DNA of 64,000 nt from Octopus vulgaris (lineage: Eukaryota), in NCBI GenBank assembly GCA_951406725.2, contig CATOCA020000001.1, positions 10,044,001 to 10,108,000 of the forward strand, in the 5' to 3' direction. Position numbers and translations under genes: made by a program. The notes beneath the pieces are model-generated. The model made no database searches and was not told where the DNA came from. It saw only the letters and a program-made list of their open reading frames with translations. Positions 14,431 through 27,415 of this stretch are shown piece after piece (position 1 is the first letter of the stretch; each line of letters starts with the position of its first letter).

Positions 14431-17400
14431 AAAGAAGGACTGAAAGAGCTAAAGGAAGAGCTCAAGCAGGACCAAAGGGTGAAACAACCAGGAATAGAAG
14501 TGGAACCGCAAAGGATGGAAACAAACAGCGCACACGGGTGTGTAGGTTCTACCTGAGAGGTACCTACTGGCATGGAAAGGAAGGTGCAGGCTGCCGCTTT
14601 GCACATCGGGGACCCTGCCGCAGAGACACGAGGCGGATAGACAAACCATCAACACAAGGAAAAGGGATGGACCACGTACCACCTGCCCCAAAACGGAGGT
14701 ACGCAGATGTGGTGCGTGCCACAAACCGCCAACATGATGTTGTTGAAAGGGCAGCTGCTGAGCAGCAATCTTTTTTGTGCATGGCACAAAATATTGTACA
14801 GCAGCTGACCTGGCTTCATCAAACCCAAGCTCGCAGGTGGGGCTACCCACTATATACAAGACCACCACAGCAAACAGACCCAGGATGGACACCGCCGGCA
14901 ACAACATACACCTCACCTCGATGCTCCTACTGAACATCAGAGGACTGCAACCACTCAGTAACAGGACAAAAATCCCGTTCTTGAGAGACTTTGTTGCATG
15001 CAATCAAGCCTTATGCATAGCACTTACGGAAACGCACCTGAAACCGGACATAGCAGATGCGGAGTTACACATACCACAGTATGTTGTACTACGGACCGAC
15101 AGAAAAGAAGGGAGTCATGGAGGAGTTGCTATGTACATCCGTGAGGACCTCACACCCCAGGTCCTCTTGTCATACTCAAACTCGGTGTGTGACACACTAA
15201 TTGTACATATAAGGCAACTTGATGTAGTTGTGTGTGCTACATATCGCCCTCCAGATGCCCCAAGCCATGTGGGCAAGTTTGAAGACTGCCTTATAAAAAT
15301 AGAAGTTCTAATCACATTAGGACAACACATAAGTGTACTTCTTATGGGAGACTTCAATCTACCCAGTGTCAGATGGCCCGAGGGCCTTTCTCTCCTAGGA
15401 ATGACAAGATGTGAACGAGGACAGGCGAGGTCCCTCCTGAACCTCATCAACACCCTGTACATGGAGCAGGTAATACTCCAACCAACCAGGGCAAGTAACA
15501 CACTGGATTTCTGCTTCACAAATGACATGGATCTCATCCATAATGTGAAAGTGACACCGACACTACTCTCGGATCACAACATGGTAGAGCTGACCATGTA
15601 CGGGCCAAAAGAGAGCACGGACATGCAGCCTACATGAAACCCTCAGAATCTTTCCAGCTTGAACTACCATAAGGCAAACTGGAAACAAATTGAGAAAGAG
15701 ATCCTCAAACAAAACTGGCCTAAATGTCTCTCCTCGCCAGACATCGACGTGAAACTTCAACAATTCATGTCTGTAATGCAAGCCATATGCTACAAATGTG
15801 TCCCAGAGAGAAAGGCCACTGTACACAAGAACAAAATCCCCAGAGAGAGGAAAATTTTAATGAGACGGCGTACAAAAAGTTCAAATCGCCTAAACAAACA
15901 GATTGAAAGCAGTGAAAAGTCCCGCCTAAAAATAAAACTGTTGGAAATTGAAAAATGTCTGCAACTCTCCCATGAAAAGGAAAGAGCAGACAAAGAAGCC
16001 TGGGCTATAGACAACATAAAATCTAACCCCAGAGCTTTCTACAGATATGCCAAAGAAACAGCTACGGTGCACTGTAGAATAGGGCCACTCCTTGAAAAGG
16101 ATGGCACACTCACAGGAAAACCAATGAGGGTAAGTGAAATACTGAATGAGCAATTCAAGAGTGTTTTCACTCCACCCCTTGGGCATCTCCAAATCACCAA
16201 TCCAACTGACTTCTTTACCACTCCAGATATAAAATCAGAGGCGGCGACGATAGATTACATCGATATAAAGTAAGACGATATAATAAAGGCTATAGATGAA
16301 ATGAAAACAGACTCAGCTACTGGCCCCGATGGATTCCCGGCAATCCTCCTAAAAGCATGTAAGAGAGTCCTAGCAAGACCACTGCAGTTCCTCTTTCAGA
16401 GCTTACTTGCAGCTGGCAAACTTCCAAGAAAACTGAAGGAAGGTAAAATATGCCCCATTCATAAAGGAGGCAGCAGAGCGGAGGCCAAGAACTACAGACC
16501 TATCTCTCTGACCTCACACATCAGCAAGGTCATGGAACGAATAGTCAGAAGGAAACTGATCACCTTCCTTGAAGAAAATGACTTGCTGCCCGACACCCAA
16601 CATGGTTTCCGACCAGGGAGAAGCTGTTTAACTCAGCTCCTACAACACTATGACTGGGTGCTGAAACAACTGCTCAACCACTCAAATGTGGAAGTGATAT
16701 ATCTCGACTTTGCAAAGGCCTTTGATAAAGTCGATCATGGAATGATATGTCACAAACTGCGTGATCTCAACATAGTTGGAAAACTGGGAGAATGGCTTCA
16801 TGACTTTCTGAAAGATAGAAGTCAGGTGGTAGTAGCCAATGGGGCCACTTCCATTAACACGCAAATAGTGAGCGGTGTTCCGCAGGGCACTGTTCTGGGT
16901 CCACTACTGTTCATAATGGCCCTCTCAGACATGCCCTCAGCCACGCAGAGAGCCACGATCACAAGTTATGCAGATGATACAAAAGTTTCACAGGCAATAC
17001 AGAACCCTGAGGACACTATACGCCTGCAATGTGAGCTGGACAAAATATACAAGTGGGCTGAAAAGAATAGCATGCAGTTCAATGCTGAAAAGTTTCAAGC
17101 TTTATACTATCAGCATGCAAAACTAAATGCAATACCCAATGAATACACTGGACCCGGAGGAATAGCAATCCCAGAGGCACAATCAGTGCGTGACCTGGGT
17201 ATTTACATGAGTGATGACGCAACCTTTCGTGTACATGTTGCTAAATTGGCAATGAAATGTAGACGACTGGCCGGATGGATTCTCAGAACCTTTAGAACAA
17301 GAGAACAAGAAACCATGATGGTCCTCTGGAGGACACTTGTCCTAAGCCACTTTGACTATTGCTCTCAGTTATGGTCACCATCCAGTGTCAAGTTGATCAC

Positions 17401-17960
17401 AGAGCTCGAGGCGATCCAGCGTAGCTACACGAAGAAGATTGCCTCTATGCAGAATGTAAGCTACTAGGAAAGACTCAAGAGATTAAAACTATATTCCTTG
17501 GAGCGTAGGCGAGAAAGATATGCCATAATATACATCTGGAAGATCCTGGAGGGACGTGTCCCAAACTTTGGCATCGAGAGTTACACAAATGCCAGAACTG
17601 GGAACCAATGCGTGGTGCCTAGGACTCCAAATTTGCCATCAAGATGTAGGACAAGATACTGTGATAGCCTGGGCTTCCGTGGCCCACAGCTCTTCAATAT
17701 CCTCCCGAAGAACCTGAGAGACCTGCATGGGGTGGATGCAGATGTCTTTAAAATAGAACTGGATCTCTTCCTGTCAGGTGTCCCAGATGAACCAACTTCA
17801 CGGCAGGAGGTGCAGATAAGGGCAGCTGCATCGAACTCTCTCATGCACCAAATGGCAGTTGCTAAAAAGCTTTCGTGAAGTAAAACCAAGTAGCAACACC
17901 AAATGGCGGTGCCCCAGCATGGCCACAGCTCATGAGATGAAACTAGAATCAATCAATCAA
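14431..17960 (+). mobile_element. Near-full-length CR1/L2-group LINE (ORF1 3' part, ORF2 APE+RT, 3' UTR with stem-loop and (ATCA)n tail)
   Basis: APE motifs (LNIRGL, LTETHL, GGVAMYI, GDFN, SDHN) and RT motifs (YRPISLTS, QHGFRPGRSC, YLDFAKAFD, SGVPQG, YADD); CCCH-like finger CRFYLRGTYWHG...CRFAH in the ORF1 remnant. Confidence 0.95.
14885..17878 (+). pseudogene. LINE ORF2 (endonuclease + reverse transcriptase) with three in-frame stops and no frameshift
   Basis: ORFs 14777-15637, 15659-16273, 16301-17467 and 17498-17878 share one frame; stops are TGA 15635, TAA 16271, TAG 17465. Confidence 0.9.
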
Positions 17961-18035
17961 TATATATATATGTATATAAATATATGTATATGTATATATC
18001 TATATATATGTATATATGTATGTATATGTATGTAT

Positions 18036-18098
18036 GTCTAGTGGTTAGGATTCCTGGCTTTCACCCAGGCAGCCCGGGTTAGATTCCCGGCATGGGAA
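18036..18098 (+). pseudogene. tRNA-Glu(TTC) pseudogene lacking the 5' acceptor strand
   Basis: gtctagtggttaggatt-cctgg-ctTTCac-ccagg-cagc-ccggg-ttagatt-cccgg-catgggaa matches metazoan tRNA-Glu. The 5' ~9 nt are replaced by (TATG)n and the T-loop TTCG is changed to TTAG. Confidence 0.85.
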
Positions 18099-18117
18099 CG
18101 TTATATTTTATAGGTGA

Positions 18118-18422
18118 AGGCGCATGGCTCAGTGGTTAGAGCGTCGAGCTTACGATCGTGAGGTTGTGAGCTCGAATCCCGGACCGGGCTGCGTGTTGTG
18201 TTCTTGAGCAAGGCACTTTATTTCACGTTGCTCCAGTTCACTCAGCTGTAGAAATGACTTGCGACGTCACTGGTGCCAAGCTGTATCGACATTTGTCTTT
18301 CCTTTGGATAACACTGGTGGCGTGGAGAGAGGAGGCTGGTATGCATGGGCGACTGCTGGTCTTCCATAAACAACCTTGCCCGGACTTGTGTCTAGGAGGG
18401 TAACTTTCTAGGTGCAATCCCA
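18118..18422 (+). mobile_element. SINE family C (tRNA-Arg-like head, CORE-like tgtgttcttgagcaaggcactt)
   Basis: ggcgcatggctcagtggttagagc...ttACGat...ctcgaatccc; related heads at 7930-8207(-) and 8220-8462(-). Confidence 0.8.
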
Positions 18423-18424
18423 TG

Positions 18425-18482
<58 letters not shown>

Positions 18483-19814
18483 TATACACACACACATATA
18501 TATATATATGTATGTATGTCCTGAGTATAGCCACCGTCAACTGAATCCAGTTATAAGGTTCTACCTTGCCATTCCAAATTCTTGAGGAGTGTGGAACCAT
18601 TCATTAGCAGTTATTCTTTTCGTTTCTACTCTAGATAGAAGGCCTACTATTTTGGGGAGAAGAACAGTCGATTAGATCGACTCTCATTAAGCAACTGGTA
18701 CTTAATTTGTTGACCCAGACATGATGAAAGGCAAACTTAAAAACAGACGAAATACCGCTAAGGATTCGCTCGGCGTGCTAACATTTCTGTCCGTTCACCG
18801 CTTTTTTGGAGAGATTCCGTTCCTCTTCATTTGACATTGAAGTTTGGCTTTTGGTCTGCTCTCGCCCCACCCATATATATATATATACATGCATACATAT
18901 ATATATATATACATGCTTGCATACATACGTACTACATTCATACATACGTACGTACATACATACATACATATATAACGCGTACGTACATGCATATACACAT
19001 AATACATATATATCCATGTATGCAAACATACATTCGTACACATATAAATACATACACACATACATACATACATACATTTTCACATAATACATATATATAT
19101 ATATATATATACATGCTTGCATACATACGTAACACATACATACATAAATACATACATACGTAATACATACAAACGTACGTATGTACATACGTTCATACAT
19201 ATGTACGTACATACATACACATGCATATACATACTTATACACATAATACATACATATACACACATACATATATACATACATACATATATAACACGTACAT
19301 TCATGCATATACACATAATACATATATACCCATGTATGCATACATGCATTCATATACATATACATATATTCATACATACATACATACATACATACATAGA
19401 TACATACATTCATACATGCATAATATATTTATATAGTCAATCTACCGTCGCATAATCGGACGTCATTATTTCTTGCTGGTCACACTGCAATTCTTAACGC
19501 TGTTCTCTGGACTAAGGTTTATAAGTGACCAAGACAATGACATTCTCCCTAAACAGGGAACCAGTCGAACAGAGGGTTATTTATTTTCAGCTCTGTTGAC
19601 TGGAACAATTTGAAATTAGGTATTTGTTTCAGGACCTCAATGCTGGAATTCGAAATCATGAGCACAAAATCAGGGGCTATGACCTAATCACAGGATCACT
19701 CACCTTTCCAAAGTCTGTGTGGGTGTTGCTGTGTTTTGTGTGTGTGTATGAAAATTTAACAAGAAAACTGGTTTGACAAGATTTAAGTGGGTTTTATATA
19801 ATCTGCATACATAT

Positions 19815-19849
<35 letters not shown>

Positions 19850-20289
19850 TATATATAAATATATATATTCTTATCCATATATATATATATGCACATAGGT
19901 TTTCAAACAATTATGGAGAGGTTACGTCATACGAAATGAATTGAATTATACTTTGACAAGACAAATTGTAAAGAGCATTCAAATTTAAATAAAAGATCTT
20001 GTGTTAGTCAGGGTGTGGCACGAAATTGAATAAGAGTAGTCACCTCCTGCTTATTAACTAACTAAGAAACACTTATATCAGTTCGCTTCGTGAGGAAACA
20101 CAAATCCCAAGCTTCTCCAGCATCGAAACCATTTGAAATAAGGTAAAAAAAAATTTTCTTGTCTTGAATCTTATCTTGAGAAATACAAATGAAAAAGGGC
20201 TGGAAATAGAGTTTAGGTTTATATATATATATATATATATGCGATTTTTTTCCTCTGTCTACCCTTCTCTGGATCTTTCCTTCTCCTAT

Positions 20290-20324
20290 GTTTCCGACGA
20301 AGAGCTCCGCTCGAAACGTTAAAC
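20290..20324 (+). ncRNA. Minimal type-I hammerhead-ribozyme-like motif (Penelope-type), U4C core variant
   Basis: gttt-CCGACGA-a-gagc(tcc)gctc-GAAA-cg-TT-aaac: stem I, core, stem II, palindromic aacgtt stem III. Confidence 0.6.
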
Positions 20325-20438
20325 CTTCCTTCTTTCCTTCTTTCCTGAGCGTCCAATAATACTATATTTGTTCCACGTCCTTGCGTTGTTGTATTTTTCG
20401 TGCTTTCTTTTTTGGATTAACTAAATATATATATATAA

Positions 20439-20507
<69 letters not shown>

Positions 20508-20563
20508 TATGTATATGTCTATATCTCTATATGTATTTATATATGTATGTATGTATATGTATG

Positions 20564-20613
<50 letters not shown>

Positions 20614-21204
20614 CATATGTATGTATGTATGTATGTATGTCCTGAGTATTGCTGCCGTCGATTGAATCCAGTTGTAAGGTTCTACTTTGCCATTCCAAAT
20701 TCTTGAGGAGTGTGGAACCATTCATTAGCAGTTATTCTTTTCGTTTCTACTCTAGATAGAAGGCCTACTATTTTGGGGGAGAAGAACAGTCGATTAGATC
20801 GACTCTCATTAAGCAACTGGTACTTAATTTGTTGACCCAGACATGATGAAAGGCAAACTTAAAAACAGACGAAATACCGCTAAGGATTCGCTCGGCGTGC
20901 TAACATTTCTGTCCGTTCACCGCTTTTTTGGAGAGATTCCGTTCCTCTTCATTTGACATTGAAGTTTGGCTTTTGGTCTGCTCTCGCCCCACCCATATAT
21001 ATGTATATACATGCATACATATATATATATATACATGCTTGCATACATACGTACTACATTCATACATACGTACGTACATACATACATATATAACGCGTAC
21101 GTACATGCATATACACATAATACATATATATCCATGTATGCAAACATACATTCGTACACATATACATACATACACACATACATACATACATACATTTTCA
21201 CATA

Positions 21205-21240
<36 letters not shown>

Positions 21241-21948
21241 GCTTGCATACATACGTAACACATACATACATAAATACATACATACGTAATACATACAAAC
21301 GTACGTATGTACATACGTTCATACATATGTACGTACATACATACACATGCATATACATACTTATACACATAATACATACATATACACACATACATATATA
21401 CATACATACATATATAACACGTACATTCATGCATATACACATAATACATATATACCCATGTATGCATACATGCATTCATATACATATACATATATTCATA
21501 CATACATACATACATACATACATACATACATAGATACATACATTCATACATGCATAATATATTTATATAGTCAATCTACCGTCGCATAATCGGACGTCAT
21601 TATTTCTTGCTGGTCACACTGCAATTCTTAACGCTGTTCTCTGGACTAAGGTTTATAAGTGACCAAGACAATGACATTCTCCCTAAACAGGGAACCAGTC
21701 GAACAGAGGGTTATTTATTTTCAGCTCTGTTGACTGGAACAATTTGAAATTAGGTATTTGTTTCAGGACCTCAATGCTGGAATTCGAAATCATGAGCACA
21801 AAATCAGGGGCTATGACCTAATCACAGGATCACTCACCTTTCCAAAGTCTGTGTGGGTGTTGCTGTGTTTTGTGTGTGTGTATGAAAATTTAACAAGAAA
21901 ACTGGTTTGACAAGATTTAAGTGGGTTTTATATAATCTGCATACATAT

Positions 21949-21987
<39 letters not shown>

Positions 21988-22427
21988 TATATATAAATAT
22001 ATATATTCTTATCCATATATATATATATGCACATAGGTTTTCAAACAATTATGGAGAGGTTACGTCATACGAAATGAATTGAATTATACTTTGACAAGAC
22101 AAATTGTAAAGAGCATTCAAATTTAAATAAAAGATCTTGTGTTAGTCAGGGTGTGGCACGAAATTGAATAAGAGTAGTCACCTCCTGCTTATTAACTAAC
22201 TAAGAAACACTTATATCAGTTCGCTTCGTGAGGAAACACAAATCCCAAGCTTCTCCAGCATCGAAACCATTTGAAATAAGGTAAAAAAAAATTTTCTTGT
22301 CTTGAATCTTATCTTGAGAAATACAAATGAAAAAGGGCTGGAAATAGAGTTTAGGTTTATATATATATATATATATATGCGATTTTTTTCCTCTGTCTAC
22401 CCTTCTCTGGATCTTTCCTTCTCCTAT

Positions 22428-22462
22428 GTTTCCGACGAAGAGCTCCGCTCGAAACGTTAAAC
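22428..22462 (+). ncRNA. Hammerhead-like motif, copy in tandem unit 2
   Basis: Identical to 20290-20324. Confidence 0.6.
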
Positions 22463-22576
22463 CTTCCTTCTTTCCTTCTTTCCTGAGCGTCCAATAATAC
22501 TATAATTGTTCCACGTCCTTGCGTTGTTGTATTTTTCGTGCTTTCTTTTTTGGATTAACTAAATATATATATATAA

Positions 22577-22649
<73 letters not shown>

Positions 22650-22705
22650 TATGTATATGTCTATATCTCTATATGTATTTATATATGTATGTATGTATAT
22701 GTATG

Positions 22706-22771
<66 letters not shown>

Positions 22772-22772
22772 C

Positions 22773-22803
<31 letters not shown>

Positions 22804-23394
22804 TGTATGTATGTATGTATGTATGTATGTCCTGAGTATTGCTGCCGTCGATTGAATCCAGTTGTAAGGTTCTACTTTGCCATTCCAAATTCTTGAGGAG
22901 TGTGGAACCATTCATTAGCAGTTATTCTTTTCGTTTCTACTCTAGATAGAAGGCCTACAATTTTGGGGGAGAAGAACAGTCGATTAGATCGACTCTCATT
23001 AAGCAACTGGTACTTAATTTGTTGACCCAGACATGATGAAAGGCAAACTTAAAAACAGACGAAATACCGCTAAGGATTCGCTCGGCGTGCTAACATTTCT
23101 GTCCGTTCACCGCTTTTTTGGAGAGATTCCGTTCCTCTTCATTTGACATTGAAGTTTGGCTTTTGGTCTGCTCTCGCCCCACCCATATATATGTATATAC
23201 ATGCATACATATATATATATATACATGCTTGCATACATACGTACTACATTCATACATACGTACGTACATACATACATATATAACGCGTACGTACATGCAT
23301 ATACACATAATACATATATATCCATGTATGCAAACATACATTCGTACACATATACATACATACACACATACATACATACATACATTTTCACATA

Positions 23395-23430
<36 letters not shown>

Positions 23431-24130
23431 GCTTGCATACATACGTAACACATACATACATAAATACATACATACGTAATACATACAAACGTACGTATGT
23501 ACATACGTTCATACATATGTACGTACATACATACACATGCATATACATACTTATACACATAATACATACATATACACACATACATATATACATACATACA
23601 TATATAACACGTACATTCATGCATATACACATAATACATATATACCCATGTATGCATACATGCATTCATATACATATACATATATTCATACATACATACA
23701 TACATACATACATAGATACATACATTCATACATGCATAATATATTTATATAGTCAATCTACCGTCGCATAATCGGACGTCATTATTTCTTGCTGGTCACA
23801 CTGCAATTCTTAACTCTGTTCTCTGGACTAAGGTTTATAAGTGACCAAGACAATGACATTCTCCCTAAACAGGGAACCAGTCGAACAGAGGGTTATTTAT
23901 TTTCAGCTCTGTTGACTGGAACAATTTGAAATTAGGTATTTGTTTCAGGACCTCAATGCTGGAATTCGAAATCATGAGCACAAAATCAGGGGCTATGACC
24001 TAATCACAGGATCACTCACCTTTCCAAAGTCTATGTGGGTGTTGCTGTGTTTTGTGTGTGTGTATGAAAATTTAACAAGAAAACTGGTTTGACAAGATTT
24101 AAGTGGGTTTTATATAATCTACATACATAT

Positions 24131-24174
<44 letters not shown>

Positions 24175-24700
24175 TCTTATCCATATATATATATATGCAC
24201 ATAGTTTTCAAACAATCATGGAGAGGTTACGTCATACGAAAGGAATTGAATTATACTTTGACATGACAAATTGTAAAGAGCATTCAAATTTGAATAAAAG
24301 GTTTCGTGTTAGTCAGGGTGTGGCACGAAATTGAGTTAGCACAATTGAATGAATAGTCCCATTGAATAAGAGTAGTCACCTCCTGCTTATTAACTAACTA
24401 AGAGCCACTTATATCAGTTCGCTTCGTGAGGAAACACGAATCCAAATCATCTCCAGAATAGAAACCATTTGAAATAAGGTAAAAAAAATTTTCTTGTCTT
24501 GAATCTTATCTTAAGAAATACAAATGTAGAAGGACTGGAAATAGAGTTTACGTATATATATATATATATATATATATATACGATTTTTTTCCCTCTGTCT
24601 CCCCTTCCCTGGATCTTTCCTTCTTTCCTGGGCGTCCAATAATACTATATTTGTTCCACGTCCTTGCGTTGTTGTATTTTTTGTGCTTTCTTGTTTGGAT

Positions 24701-24781
<81 letters not shown>

Positions 24782-25254
24782 GTATATATGTACAAGAATT
24801 TTTCATTTTTCTCGAGCATCAGGCTAATACACTTGCTTGTTGTTCCTACATCTCTCTTCGTCTTATTTTTATAGATTTCATCTATATGTATGTATGTATA
24901 CTCTTTGGTACGCTAGCATAAATAGACGGACGTAATACTAACACGTTTACAACGCAAAACATTTATTAGAGCTATTTAAAACCTAAATATTTCTTTATAT
25001 TAAAATTGTTTTATTTTCAGTCAGAATTATTTAGACTTGAAACTATTAAAACATTTTACAAGAATTAAATTTCCATTCACAGAATATAATATAAAATATA
25101 GACCAGTTATAAGTATGGAAAAAAAACTATTTGATGGAAATTAAAGGAATGAAAATATTCATCTAATTATACACTATTTTATGTAGTTTCCAGTGAATTT
25201 CTACTTCTGAAGGGAAATTCAAAATTTGTACAACAACTCTTTCGATTTTATTCT

Positions 25255-27415
25255 TAACTACCCACAAGGGGCTAAACACAGATAGGACAAACTAGGACAG
25301 GCAAACAGATTAAGTCGATTACATTCACACCATTGCGTAACTGGTATTTATCGACTCCGAAAGGATGAAAGGCACAGTCGACCTCGGCGGAATTTGAACT
25401 CTGAACGTAACGGCAGACGAAATACTGCTACGCATTTTGCCCGGCGTGCTAACATTTCTGCCAGATCGCCGCCTTAATAACTCTTTCAATTGATCTTTTC
25501 CTTCGTTCTTTAAACCGATTTCTGTTTTAAAATTTATCTAATTTTAAGGCGGCGCGGTGGTAGAAACGTTAGCACGCCGGACGATATGCATAGCGGTATG
25601 TCGCCTCTCTTTACGTTCTGAGTTCAAATTCCGCTGAGGTCGCCTTTATCTTTCTAATCGACTAGCACCCTCACCTTGTGCCTAGAGTAGAAAATAATTT
25701 TTTATTTCATTTAAGGCGGCGAGCTGGCACTAACGTTAGCACGCCGGACGAATTGCTGCAACGCATTTCGTCCGTCTTCACATTCTGAGTTCAAATTCCA
25801 CCGAGGTTGACTTTGCCCTTTCTCATTTTGGGGTCGATGAATTAAATACCAGTTGCATACTGGTGTCGATCCAATCAACTGGTTCCCTCGCCTTGTGCCT
25901 ATCGTAGAAAAGAAAAGGCAGCTAACTTGGCAGGAACATTAGCACGCCGGGCGAAACACTTAGCGATGTTTCGTCTGTCCTTATTTTCTGAGTTCAAATT
26001 CCGCCGAGGTCGACTTTGCCTTTCATCCTTTCGTACTGGTCGCGTACTGGTATTACACCTATCTACTGGCCACTTCGCACCAAATCTGGGGCCTTGTGTC
26101 TTGAGTAGAAAAGAATATTTCTTAAATTTTGCATCTAAATATAATTGTTCTCGTATTTGAAATAATATTTATATCTTGTAGGAAAGAGTATGAATTGTTT
26201 AAACATTCAAAAAGTGGGTGACTGCATACATTTCTCTCTCCACTTCTTTATCCTATGTTAACATTTTGATGTGGAATGCATTAAATATGTTTTCTCGTAA
26301 TCTTAAATATTATCTATCAGATGGATGTCTTCTGAGGATTATTTCACGTTGTCTAGAATTATTATTTCTTCTCTTGGCACAAGGACTTGAAAATATGTGG
26401 GGAAAGGGGATTAATTCGATTACATCGACCCCAGTGCGTAACTGGTACTTATTTAATCGACCCCGAAATGATGAAAGGCAAAGTCGACCTAGACGGAATT
26501 TGAACTCAGAACGTAAAGACAGACAAAATACCTATTTCTTTACTACCCACAAGGGGCTAAACACAGAGGGGACAAACAAGGACAGACAAACGGATTAAGT
26601 CGATTATATCGACTCCAGTGTGTAACTGGTACTTATTTAATCGACCCCTAGAGGATGAAAGGCAAAGTCGACATCGGCGGAATGTGAACTCAGAACGTAA
26701 CGGCAGACGAAATACGGCTGCACATTTCGCTCGGCGTGCTAACGTTTCAGCCAGCTCGCCGCATTATTGTTTAGAATGATTATAAAGTTTATTATGCTCG
26801 AACGGCGGAGTTTCTAAACTGCTGTGTGAATTAAAAATAGGGTTAATAACAGGCATTCTATCTCTAGCCCTGGGTTGTTTAATTTCTCCACCTTCCACCT
26901 AAGAAGGAAAATAGGGTTTGAGAGAAAATGTCTGTCCGCGAAAAGGTTTCAAGATCGATGGAAGAATGTCGCCCGAAAGCTGGGTACGGATGGAACTGCA
27001 TGAATACAATGCAGGATGAACCCAAAGCATCAGTGGGGAGGCAGCGCTCGTGGGGTCCAAGCATATCCCGTCCCCCCACTCTATTCTGTAATGTTGTATA
27101 TTTTATCATCCGAACTCTTCATATTTATGTAAAATTTTAAAATCCATCATTGTGTCGATTCATACGTTAAATCTGACCCCATATCAGATTGTACTGTCCC
27201 CTCTGTGTTGTCCCCTTGTGGGAAAGAAAAAAAAATTACGAAATGCTAAGCGGTATTTTGTCTGTCTTTACGTTCTGAAGTCAAATTCCGCCGAGGTCAA
27301 TTTTGCCTTTCATCGTTTCGCTGTCGATAAATTGAGTACCAGTTACGTACTGGGGTCGACCTAATCGACTGGCCTCCTCCTCCAAAATTTCGGGTCTTGT
27401 ACGTAGAGTAGAATA
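25255..27415. mobile_element. Cluster of ~6 SINE family B copies in both orientations
   Basis: Minus: ~25255-25475, 26370-26762. Plus: ~25548-25695, 25714-25910, 25917-26117, 27200-27415. Another copy at 33345-33560. Confidence 0.8.

Larger units (their letters stand above)
18518..24705. repeat. Three-copy tandem array, unit ~2.1-2.2 kb
   Basis: Units start with gtcctgagta at 18518, 20639 and 22829. Unique blocks are near-identical; microsatellite lengths differ. Confidence 0.95.

Noticed and set aside
18118-18190. tRNA-like heads (also 37058 and 63448) as tRNA genes
   Set aside because: They run straight into SINE bodies and lack proper acceptor and anticodon stems.
18518-24705. Tandem array as a gene cluster or CRISPR-like array
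   Set aside because: Units contain only SINE remnants, microsatellites and non-coding sequence, with no repeat-spacer structure; the context is eukaryotic.
25211-25220. NF-kB-like site GGGAAATTCA upstream of the gene
   Set aside because: A single imperfect match ~8 kb from the first coding exon, with the TSS unknown; expected by chance.
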